64,000 nt of DNA, taken from the NCBI GenBank assembly GCA_964016885.1, contig OZ024743.1, forward strand, positions 235,538,001-235,602,000, in the 5' to 3' direction. Below are positions 54,957 through 64,000 of the stretch, piece by piece. Made by a program: the position numbers and the translations under genes. The notes beneath the pieces are model-generated. The model worked only from the letters and a program-made list of their open reading frames with translations. It did not search any database and was not told where the DNA came from. Positions within the stretch are counted from its first letter, which is position 1. Each line of letters begins with the position of its first letter. Origin of the DNA: Eledone cirrhosa (taxonomy: Eukaryota).

Positions 54957-55223
54957 CACACACACTCCTTCTCTCTCTCACACACACTCTCTCTCATACA
55001 CACATTCCCTCTCTCTCTCTCTCATACACACACACTCTCTCTCTCTCTTTCAGACACACACACACGCACTCTCTCTCTCACACACACACACATTCTCTCT
55101 CTCTCTCTCTTAGACACACACACATTCTCTCTCTCTCTCTTAGACATACATACTCCCCCTCTCTCTCAGACACACGCACACACACACTCTCTCTCTATCT
55201 CTCTCTCTCTCTCACACACACAT

Positions 55224-55255
<32 letters not shown>

Positions 55256-55459
55256 AGACACACACACATTCTCTCTCTCTTTCTCTTAGACACACACACT
55301 CCCCTTCTCTCTCAGACACACACACACTCTCTCTCTCTACTTCTCCATATGTGTGTATTTGTACATGTTATAGTTATAGGATACTAAATCATTCAACTCA
55401 AGTGTGTGTATGTCACTCAGTCTGTCTGTGAGTGTGTCTTTCTGTCTTTAACTCTCTCC

Positions 55460-55499
<40 letters not shown>

Positions 55500-55549
55500 G
55501 TATGTGTGTCTCTATATATGTGTATGTCTGTCTCTCTGTCAGTGTGCAT

Positions 55550-55614
<65 letters not shown>

Positions 55615-55714
55615 TGTATGTCCGTCTGTGTGTCTGTCTGTCTCTGTGTGCGTGTATACATATCCCTCTGTCCATCTGTGTATCTGTGTATCTGTGTGTG
55701 TCTGTCTGTCTGTT

Positions 55715-55760
<46 letters not shown>
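54957..55760. repeat. Compound (CT)n/(CA)n/(GT)n microsatellite field
   Basis: Directly visible. Confidence 0.9.
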
Positions 55761-55763
<3 letters not shown>

Positions 55764-55864
55764 GCCTGTTTCAAATTCCAGCAGAGAGCAGGGGAAGCAC
55801 TGTCCTGATGGTGGCCACAGCCAGAAACATGTTGGCAGTTGTCCCCCGCTACTTCTGCTGGAAT

Positions 55865-55880
55865 CCGCTAGATGGCGCTA
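55865..55880 (+). promoter_or_regulatory. Candidate CTCF binding site
   Basis: CCGCTAGATGGCGCTA closely matches the CTCF core consensus and lies in a short GC-richer unique island. Confidence 0.45.
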
Positions 55881-56085
55881 GCAATCAGCTTTTCAGCATT
55901 CATAGATAAAAGGCTTTCCTTCCAAATGTTTATTCATAAACATACCATATATCATTAGATATACGAAATTCACATACTTATTTGTATACAGCTATGTGTG
56001 AGCAGAAACTTTAATATGCATATATATATATATATAAAATATTATAAAAAGGAATAATAGATACAATATACCAATTTTTCTTAAG

Positions 56086-56176
56086 TCCCGACTGTACAGT
56101 TTCGCTGGTCACAATGCAAGAATGCTATATCATAGATATACAATATTGTTGTGAGGTAAGCCAGCTTATCAAGAGA
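56086..56176 (-). ncRNA. Hammerhead ribozyme, U3-A8 variant core
   Basis: Minus strand tctc-TTGATAA-gctgg...ccagc-GAAA-ctgtacag-TC-ggga. Confidence 0.7.
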
Positions 56177-56413
56177 GCACCTCAGGGAAGAGCCCTAACT
56201 ACATACGTCCGTAGCATGCGAGAACATCTCAGAAAGTCGGAGGGAGACTCTATCACGTGATACACCGGTCAAGAAAGGGGATTAATCCCTTGTAGCAGTG
56301 AAAATATCTCAGAAGGCAGAGGGAGATATTGATATGATAGAGTCCCCCTCCGCCTTTCTGAGATTTTCTCGCATGCTACGGGCGTATGTAGTTAGGGCTC
56401 TTCCCTGAGGTGC

Positions 56414-56504
56414 TCTCTTGATAAGCTGGCTTACCTCACAACAATGTTACATATCTATGATATAACATTTTTGCATAGTGACCAGCGAAACTGTACAGTC
56501 GGGA
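56414..56504 (+). ncRNA. Hammerhead ribozyme, U3-A8 variant core
   Basis: tctc(56414)-TTGATAA(56418-24)-gctgg...ccagc-GAAA(56487-90)-ctgtacag-TC(56499-500)-ggga; GUC triplet; palindromic helix III ACTGTACAGT. Confidence 0.7.
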
Positions 56505-56757
56505 CTAAAGAAAAAAATAGGTATATTGTATCTATTATTCCTTTTTATAATATTTTACATAACTCTGATGTGTCAATTTAATTATTTCGATTATTTTGTC
56601 TCTCATAATCATAGAGTAACACTGGTTAAGGTCGACAACATACAATCTCACATACTTGTGAAAAATATATGTTTATATATACATGTATATGTATGTATAC
56701 ACATATATTTGTATACCTCTCATTAATGTATAACCACAGACCCTCCATCTCAACTCA

Positions 56758-56795
56758 CCTTTTGAAAAGCAGAAGAACTGCGAAACCGGTAAAGG
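56758..56795 (+). ncRNA. Minimal hammerhead motif, U3-A8 variant core
   Basis: cctt-TTGAAAA-gcag-aagaa-ctgc-GAAA-ccgg-TA-aagg, followed by AATAAA. Confidence 0.6.
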
Positions 56796-56926
56796 AACCA
56801 AATAAATATATATATTTAAAAAAAAAATAAGACTTCAGTTGCATTTTCGATTTCATCTCTTTTTCTTTATACTTTCACTCGTGTAGGACACCTCGGTTAT
56901 TTTTCATTTTGTAAAAAAAACCTCAC

Positions 56927-56964
<38 letters not shown>

Positions 56965-57226
56965 GATTTCGCTTCAAGCATAGCGTTATACAAATATGTA
57001 TAGAAATTTCGTACACATACACGCACACACATATATATATATACTGTATATATATATGCACACCATGTATATATATATATAACCAAAGATTAATATGATT
57101 CAATGATTACTCAATGAATATAGTTTTACAATAGATTAAAAGCACTCGACAGTAAAAGTTTTCTGGAGTTAGTAATATTATTCGAAATATTAATAAATGA
57201 ATACGTTCACATAATCAAAATATATG

Positions 57227-57288
57227 TTTTATTATATATATTTCGGAGGTACTGTGCTGTTTTTTCAGTACGCCCTCATCAGATAAAA
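57227..57288 (-). ncRNA. Minimal hammerhead ribozyme, canonical core CUGAUGA
   Basis: Minus strand ttttat-CTGATGA-gggcgtactg...cagtacctcc-GAAA-tatata-TA-ataaaa. Confidence 0.8.
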
Positions 57289-57412
57289 TATATGAATTGA
57301 TGTGTGACATACCTCAACTATCTTGATGGTTCAATTCCAGTATTGACAGTACTGCCAAGACTGGAATTGAACCATCAAGACCGTTGAGGTATGTCACACA
57401 TCAATTCATGTA

Positions 57413-57474
57413 TTTTATCTGACGAGGGCGTACTGAAAAAACAGCACAGTACCTCCGAAATATATATAATAAAA
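57413..57474 (+). ncRNA. Minimal hammerhead ribozyme, canonical core CUGACGA
   Basis: ttttat-CTGACGA(57419-25)-gg.gtactg...cagtac.cc-GAAA(57457-60)-tatata-TA-ataaaa; 6-bp helix I. Confidence 0.8.
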
Positions 57475-57520
57475 CATATATTTTGATTATGTGAACGTAT
57501 TCATTTATTAATATTTTGAA

Positions 57521-57538
57521 TAATATATATATATATAC

Positions 57539-57589
<51 letters not shown>

Positions 57590-57622
57590 CACATACACCA
57601 TGTGATATAAGGTGTTATCAAG

Positions 57623-57697
<75 letters not shown>
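57521..57697. repeat. (TA)n microsatellites
   Basis: Directly visible. Confidence 0.9.
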
Positions 57698-57699
<2 letters not shown>

Positions 57700-58157
57700 A
57701 TGTGATATATGCCAGGTTATATAAAACCAAATTCTTGTGACTATTTATAGAAATTCTATGGACGCCATTGGTGGTGTTCAAGTGCTATAAATATCTATAG
57801 CCGCCAAATCGAAATAATCAATAATTCAATGTATGCTACATAATGTATTGATTTTTTTTTTTTTGCTTTGTATGTGAAGTGTTACTTTGAGCTCTCGTTC
57901 TAATCAGTAATCGATTTCTTTATAAATCGATATAAATTTGCCAGGTTCCAGTGTATATAGAGAGGTAAAACAGGATAGCAGTGACAATATCAAACACTTG
58001 GTTATTGAGATGAGTAAATGATTTCATAGCCTTTATATGGTTGATTGGCCTGCTAGAAATAGTAGCTACATCTCCCTCATATCACACGCTATTGATTTTA
58101 AAAGACATATTGGATAATGTAATGTATTTAGATCATCATTTCATAACTGTTTTGTCT

Positions 58158-58695
58158 GCATAACAACAACAGACGCATACTAATGTATTACATAACAACA
58201 ACAGACGCATACTAATGTATTACATAACAACAACAGACCTATATTAATGTGTTACATAAAAACATTATATTAATTTATTACATAACAACAACACTATATT
58301 GATTTATTACATACCATAGTCTTATATTAATTTGTTACATAACAACAACAACATTATGTTAATTTATTACATAACAGCAACAGACTTATATTAATTTATT
58401 ACATAACAACCGTGTTATATTAATTTATTACATCACAGCCGTCTTATATTAATTTATTACATAACAACAACAACCTTGTATTAATTTATTACACAACAGT
58501 ATATTAGTTTATTACATAACAACCACCTTATATTAATTTATTACACAACAATCGTCTTATATTAATTTATTACATAACAACAACCGTCATGTATTAATTT
58601 ATTACACAACATTAAATTAATTTATTGCATAACAACCGCCTTATATTAATTTATTACACAACAACATCATTATATTGATTTATTACATAACATTA
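58158..58695. repeat. Degenerate ~30-bp AT-rich minisatellite (tattaatttattacataacaac...)
   Basis: Directly visible recurring motif. Confidence 0.85.
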
Positions 58696-58919
58696 ACATT
58701 ACTTTTAACGACTGGTGAGGGAGAATCCCTGAAAGGGCCGTTCCACCATTTAGGACTCACTTTTACAAACAGCCATCTCTCTCTCTCTCTCTCTCTCTCG
58801 CAATCACTCACTCTCTATCTATCTATCTATCTCTCTTTCTCCCTTTCTCCCCCCTCTCTCTCTCTCTTTCTCTCTTGCTTGCCTATGGATGGTCCTGCCA
58901 CTTCCAGCTTGTCCCTGCC

Positions 58920-59455
58920 ACACAGACTTCCTGCCTCTGCTGTCAGCACTTCTTGCCTCTGCTGTCAGCGCTTCCTACCTCCGCTATCTACTCTTCCTGT
59001 CTCTGCTGTCAGCACTTCCTACCTCTGTTGTCAGCGCTTCCTGTCTGTTGTCAGTGCTTCCTACCTCTGCTGTCTACACTTCCTGCCACTGCTGTCTACA
59101 CTTCCTGCCTCTGCTGTCTACACTTCCTGACCCTACTACCCACACTTCCTCTCTCTACTACCCACACTTCCTTCCCTGCTAGCCACATTTCCTGTCCCTG
59201 CTACCCACACTTCCTGTCATTGCTACCCACACTTCCTCTATCTACTACCCACACTACCTTCCCTGCTACCTACACTACCTGTCCCTCCTACCCACACTTC
59301 CTGTCACTGCTACCCACACTTCCTGTCCCTCCTACCCTCACTTCCTGTCCCTGCTACCCACACTTCCTGTCCCTGCTACCCACACTTCCTGTCCCTCCTA
59401 CCCACACTCCCTTCCCTGCTACCCACACATCCTGATCCTACTACCCACACTTCCC
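58920..59455. repeat. 22-bp minisatellite (cacttcctgcctctgctgtcag grading into cacttcctgtccctgctaccca)
   Basis: Period 22 (cttcctg at 59341, 59363). Confidence 0.9.
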
Positions 59456-59513
59456 ATCATTTTTCTGTCAATCCTGACCATAATAGCAGTAAGATGTTTT
59501 CTACCTACTGGAA

Positions 59514-59902
59514 CAGCGTTTTTCAAACTTGTTTTTCTGGTGGAACCCTTGAAATAGTTTCTGTGTCTCAGGGAACCCCTGAGACATAAAAATTATTATA
59601 TACCATTATTAACATCTATCTCAGGGCGGGAAATTGGCAGTATCGGTAAAAGGTTGGACATGCTTTCCAGCACAGTTACCTCCCTTTACGATCTGAGTTC
59701 AAATCCCAACGAGGTTAACTTTGCCTTGCATCCTTACGGGGTCGATAAAATAAAGTCCCAGTAATGTACTCGGTAATTGCTGGCCTTGTGCCAAAAGTAG
59801 AAACAATTGTTATTATCTATCTCTTTTTCGGTTTCTCTCGGAACCCGTAGCGACCTCTTTCGGAACTCTAGGGTTCCAAGAAACACCAGTTGATAAGACT
59901 AG
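59514..59902. mobile_element. Degenerate hAT-like MITE interrupted by a SINE
   Basis: Starts cagcgtttttcaaact, ends agttgataagactag (imperfect TIR); repeated subterminal ggaaccc/gggttcc motifs. Confidence 0.5.
59623..59814 (+). mobile_element. tRNA-derived SINE with 9-bp target-site duplication
   Basis: TSD atctatctc at 59614-59622 and 59815-59823; B box gagttcaaatc; tail gaaacaattgttatt. Confidence 0.9.
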
Positions 59903-60175
59903 TTTTCCTATCATTGTACACGTCTGTCCTCCTTTTCAGTTGAACACACTTTGTTTAATCTGAATCTATTGTTTTAGTTAACCTCAGACATGAAACTTTA
60001 TTATTTAGTGGTTCTTGTATAATGTTTTATTTTATATATAAGACAATTTTATTTCGTAGTAGAGTTATATAAACATAAGGAAAAGAGGACAGTATTGGAA
60101 AGAACTATAAATACCATAAATGAGAGAAGGAAATACCTTTGTCCTGTACGTCACCCAGCTAATTATATTTAATCA

Positions 60176-61251
60176 TAGCTAATGACATTATCAGGCCCCA
60201 GTCATAAGACTTTAGCTAATGACATTATCAGGCCTCAGTCATAAGACCTTAGCTAATGACATTATCAGGCCTCAGTCATAAGACTTTAGCTACTGACATT
60301 ATCAGGCCTCAGTCATAAGACCTTAGCTAATGACATTGTCAGGCCTCAGTCATAAGACCTTAGCTAATGGCACTATTAGGCCTCAGTCATAAGACCTTAG
60401 CTAATGACATAATCAGGCCTCAGTCATAAGACCTTAGCTAATGATATAATCAGGCCTCAGTCATAAGACCTTAGCTAATGACATTATCAGGCCTCTGTCA
60501 TAAGACCTTAGCTAATGTCATTATCAGGCCTCAGTCATAAGACCTTAACTAATGGCACTATCAGGCCTCAGTCATGAGATCTTAGCTAATGACATTATCA
60601 GGCCTCAGTCATAAGACCTTAGCTAATGACATTATCAGGCTTCAGTCATAAGACCTTAGCTAATGACATTATCAGGCTTCAGTCATAAGACCTTAGCTAA
60701 TGACATTATCAGGCTTCAGTCATAAGACCTTAGCTAATGGCATTATCAGGCCTCAGTCATAAGACCTTAGCTAATGACATTGTCAGGCCTCAGTCATAAA
60801 ACCTTAGCTAATGACATTATCAGGCCGCAGTCATAAGACCTTAGCTAATGACATTATCAGGCCTCAGTCATAAGACCTTAGCTAATGACATTGTCAGGCC
60901 TCAGTCATAAGACCTTAGATAATGACATTATCAGGCCTCAGTCATAAGAGCTTAGCTAATGACATTATCAGGCCTCAGTCATAAGACCTTAGCTAATGGC
61001 ATTATCAGGCCTCACTCATAAGACCTTAGCTAGTGACTTTATCAGGCCTCAGCCATAAAGCCTTAGCTAATGACATTATCAGGCCTCAGTCATAAGACCT
61101 TAGCTAATGACATTGTCAGGCCTCAGTCATAAGACCATAGCTAATGGCACTATCAGGCCTCAGTCATAAGACCTTAGCTAATGACATTGCCAGGCCTCAG
61201 TCATAACACCTTAGCTAATGGCACTATCAGGCCTCAGTCATAAGACCTTAG
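60176..61251. repeat. 37-bp minisatellite (agctaatgacattatcaggcctcagtcataagacctt), ~29 copies
   Basis: Directly visible. Confidence 0.95.
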
Positions 61252-62300
61252 GGTTTCTTAAATAATGTATTTTATTTGTCCTTCCTTTTTGGAGGGCCTC
61301 TATCCTGTAGATTGGCCAGCTAACTATATTAATAGCTATAGGCTCTATCAAGAAAGTGGTTTAGATTTGTAAAACCGAAACTGCATTTGTAACCCCGGAA
61401 AATAGTATTTTTTGTGCCAGTTTCTGTTTTTGTTTATTTACTACCTTCACTAAGTTTCAGTATATTTAAAGCCCGTTTATCAGCTTAAACCTATATCCAC
61501 ATAGCCTAAATAAATTTAACAAAATAGCAGTGTTGCCTTAGAAATTAGCATAATCAGCTAATTGTTGCCCAATATAACAAACCTGAAAGAAACTCTTTTT
61601 ATATTTTCCACTTCTCAGAAGAAACAAATCAGTTTTTCTACCTTTTCTCTTATCTTTCTCGAATCTAAAGTCTTAGAAAAAATTCTCAGTTAACTTTTCG
61701 ATTTAATCTTCCTATTTTCGCGTTAATTCTCTTTCTGAAGAATAGAAAGCACAAAACAAAAGTAATGCTTCTTTGAAGCAGGTAAAAGTCTTAATAAGAT
61801 CCAACTCAGTAACTACTCTGACGATTCTTTCTTCTAAAACTAATCAATATATTTAGTCGTCATTACAGAAGAAATGTAAATAGACTTAAAAATACAATTT
61901 TGACTTCCATTTTTATTTTATCAAGAGAATGTATCAGGAGAAACTATCACAGAGGAAATGAAAGATTTTCACTTAAAAGAGCGGCACAGATCTTGAGGTT
62001 TTTAAAACTAACAATCAAAACTCTCTGTTTGTGTGTGTGTGTGTGTGTGTGTAGGTGTGTGGGTGGGTGTGTATTGGTATGTGTGTGGGGGGGGTATGTG
62101 TGTGTGTAAGGGGATGCATGTCAATATATGTATATATATGAATGCGTATGAGTAAGATTGTGTATGTGTACACATGTGTATGACTGTATGTGTGTGTATG
62201 TAAATGTGTGGCTATATGTATGTGTATATGTGTGTATGTGTGTGTGTGTGTGGGGGGGTGTATGTGTGTGTGAGAGGATGCATGTCTGTATATGGATATA

Positions 62301-63196
62301 CGAGGTGTGTCAGAAAAGTTCCAGGGCTGATGTCACAAAAGATTTATTTCAAACCCAAACTTCACACTAAGAGTTTTCTCCTTCAAAGTAATCCCCCTGG
62401 AGTCTAATGCACTTTTCTATCCTTTTCTGTCATGCTTGCATGCACTCCTGGAAGGATTCTTCCGGGATCCTCCGTAGTTCCGTCGTCACGGCCTTTTTGA
62501 TGTCGTCCACGTCTTTAAAACGGGTCCCCTCCGGGTCGTACTCGAAGATCCATGACTCATCACCAGTGATGACTGTCCCTAGCAAGTCTGGTTCGGTTTC
62601 AAGACGCTCGAGGAGGTCCTGGCACACTTGCATGTGTCGACCCTTCTGGTCATCGTTCAGGAGTTTTGGCACCATCTTCGCGCAGACTTTCCGCTTGTCT
62701 AAATCTTCAGTGAGAATCTTCCAGACGCTGTCCCGATTCATGTCCAGCTGATTTGCCATCAGTCGAACAGTCAGCCGACGATCGCTACGCACCATCTGCC
62801 TGACGCTCTCAACGTTGACCTCAGTCCTGGTTGTTGAGAGCCTTCCGCTCCTGGGGTCGTCTTCCACGTCCTCGCGTCCTTCTTTAAACCTCTTGCACCA
62901 CTCAAAAACACGCGAGAGTGACATCGTCTCATCTCCATACACTTGCTGCAGCAATCCCAGTGCTTCTGACGGAGTTTTCAAGTTTGTTCGTTGCTCTGTG
63001 CTCATTGCTTGACGACCTGAAACAGAGGACATGTATATAAAATTATGAAGAAAAAAGTTTGATCGCTGCAGAGAGCTAAGATTACAGTTACATACTCCAG
63101 GGGGATTATTTTGAAGGAGAAAACTTTTAGTGTGAAGTTTGGGTTTGAAATAAATCTTTTGTGACATCAGTCCTGGAACTTTTCTGACACACCTCG
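62301..63196 (-). mobile_element. Internally deleted mariner (Tc1/mariner) transposon with ~103-bp inverted ends and TA TSD
   Basis: ta|cgaggtgtgtcagaaaagttcc...ggaacttttctgacacacctcg|ta; transposase HTH (VFEWCKRFKEGREDVEDDPRSGR), KMVPKLL, first catalytic D (ITGDESW) then a jump to C-terminal GTRFKDVDDIKK. Confidence 0.93.
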
Positions 63197-63582
63197 TATA
63201 TGTATGCATATTACTAAGCTTGTGCATGTGTACACATGTGTATGATTGTATGTGTGTGTATGTGTGTGTGTGTGTGGGGGGGGTATGTATATGTGTGTAT
63301 GTGTGTGGGGTGTCCGTATGTGTGTGTGAAGGGATGCATGTCTGTATGTGTGTATGTGTATGGATGTGTGTGGGTGTGTATGGATGGTAGTATATGTATA
63401 TATAAGTGTGTATATGTGTGCATATGAGTAAGCTTGTATATGTGTACTTGTTGATATACAAATCTGTATATGTTTATATATATATATATATATGAAATAT
63501 GCATGTATACGTATGTGTGGGCATGTCTGTATGGGGTGTGTATATATATATATGTTATATATATATATATATATATATATTA

Positions 63583-63997
63583 CTAGCAGCCATACCCGGC
63601 GTTGCCCGGGTGTAAGTCTACCATTAGTAAATCATTTTTTTAAAGAGAAAACAACGTAGCACGAACCCCCTAAAAACATTTATTTTTAACCATAAGAAGT
63701 ATGTGTTGTTCGATGTAAAAACGGTAAAATGTTATGGCATATGAAAGGTGAATGAGTGTAAAAGTGTGACGTTGACGCGGTGAAGCTCCAAACGCGAACT
63801 ATGCCACAAGGAAGTCAGCAGCCCAAAAGTGAGCCACATGGAATTTATGACAATAAATTACATCAGAGATCCTGTTTTCGTATTTTTTTTACACGCAGAA
63901 ATGCCCATTTGTAACGTCCTGTATTGTCCTAAACTGTCCTTAATGTCTACTTTATGTAAACCCTTGGGGTTAATAAAGAAAGCATAATTATATATAG
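63583..63997 (-). mobile_element. Non-autonomous Helitron-like element (3' terminus clear, 5' end uncertain)
   Basis: Minus strand ends cccgg-gcaacg-ccggg (hairpin) tatggctg CTAG|T, the Helitron 3' signature, next to a (TA)n tract. Confidence 0.55.
63883..63990 (+). mobile_element. ~105-bp 3' end of the Tx1-like LINE (copy B/C subfamily)
   Basis: ttttacacgcagaaatgcccatttgta...aaacccttggggttaataaagaaa is the reverse complement of 15613-15710. Confidence 0.9.
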
Positions 63998-64000
63998 TTT

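Larger units (their letters stand above)
56031..56561. repeat. Long inverted repeat (arms ~225 bp, 79-bp spacer) carrying two hammerheads
   Basis: 56035-56255 is the near-exact reverse complement of 56335-56557. Confidence 0.95.
57175..57526. repeat. Spacer-less palindrome (176-bp arms, ~7 mismatches) carrying two hammerheads
   Basis: Centre cagt|actg at 57350/57351; arms mirror each other out to 57175/57526. Confidence 0.95.

Noticed and set aside
54894-55909. ORFs over CT/CA/GT tracts and a possible exon at 55780-55905
   Set aside because: Microsatellite translations; the unique part has no recognisable protein similarity or clear splice pair.
59623-59720. tRNA gene
   Set aside because: A/B-box-like motifs belong to a SINE head; no cloverleaf, and a SINE body, tail and TSD follow.
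60176-61251. Satellite-encoded hammerhead (ctgataa on the minus strand)
   Set aside because: No GAAA or helix arrangement in the 37-bp unit.
62430-63461. 343-aa ORF as an intact gene
   Set aside because: N-terminal half is microsatellite and TIR read-through; the transposase part lacks two of three catalytic residues.

Overview
Repeat-dominated eukaryotic (animal) DNA with no recognisable host protein-coding gene. The SINE sequences resemble, from memory, the abundant octopus/cephalopod tRNA-derived SINEs, so the organism call is an inference. Layout: (1) 1-8.1 kb minisatellites/microsatellites plus a SINE whose B-box segment is amplified 14x; (2) 8.4-27.5 kb a nest of non-LTR retroelements, nearly all junctions falling in (TAA)n tracts, with a strict orientation rule: R4/Dong-like RLE LINE pieces on +, and Tx1-like L1-clade LINEs (three head-to-tail copies plus a 3' fragment) and SINEs on -; (3) 31.3-54.15 kb a 32-bp satellite (~700 copies) with kb-scale higher-order duplications and one short LINE-end insertion; (4) 54-64 kb SINEs, MITE, minisatellites, a deleted mariner and a Helitron-like end. 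The most notable hidden signal is a set of eight hammerhead-ribozyme-like motifs of the minimal, palindromic-helix-III type known from Penelope-like elements. Six sit as head-to-head pairs in three unrelated long inverted repeats (28.6-29.3, 56.0-56.6, 57.2-57.5 kb), and four carry a covarying U3-A8 core (UUGAnAA) instead of canonical C3-G8 (CUGAnGA). All structures were read by eye; none was folded or searched computationally.
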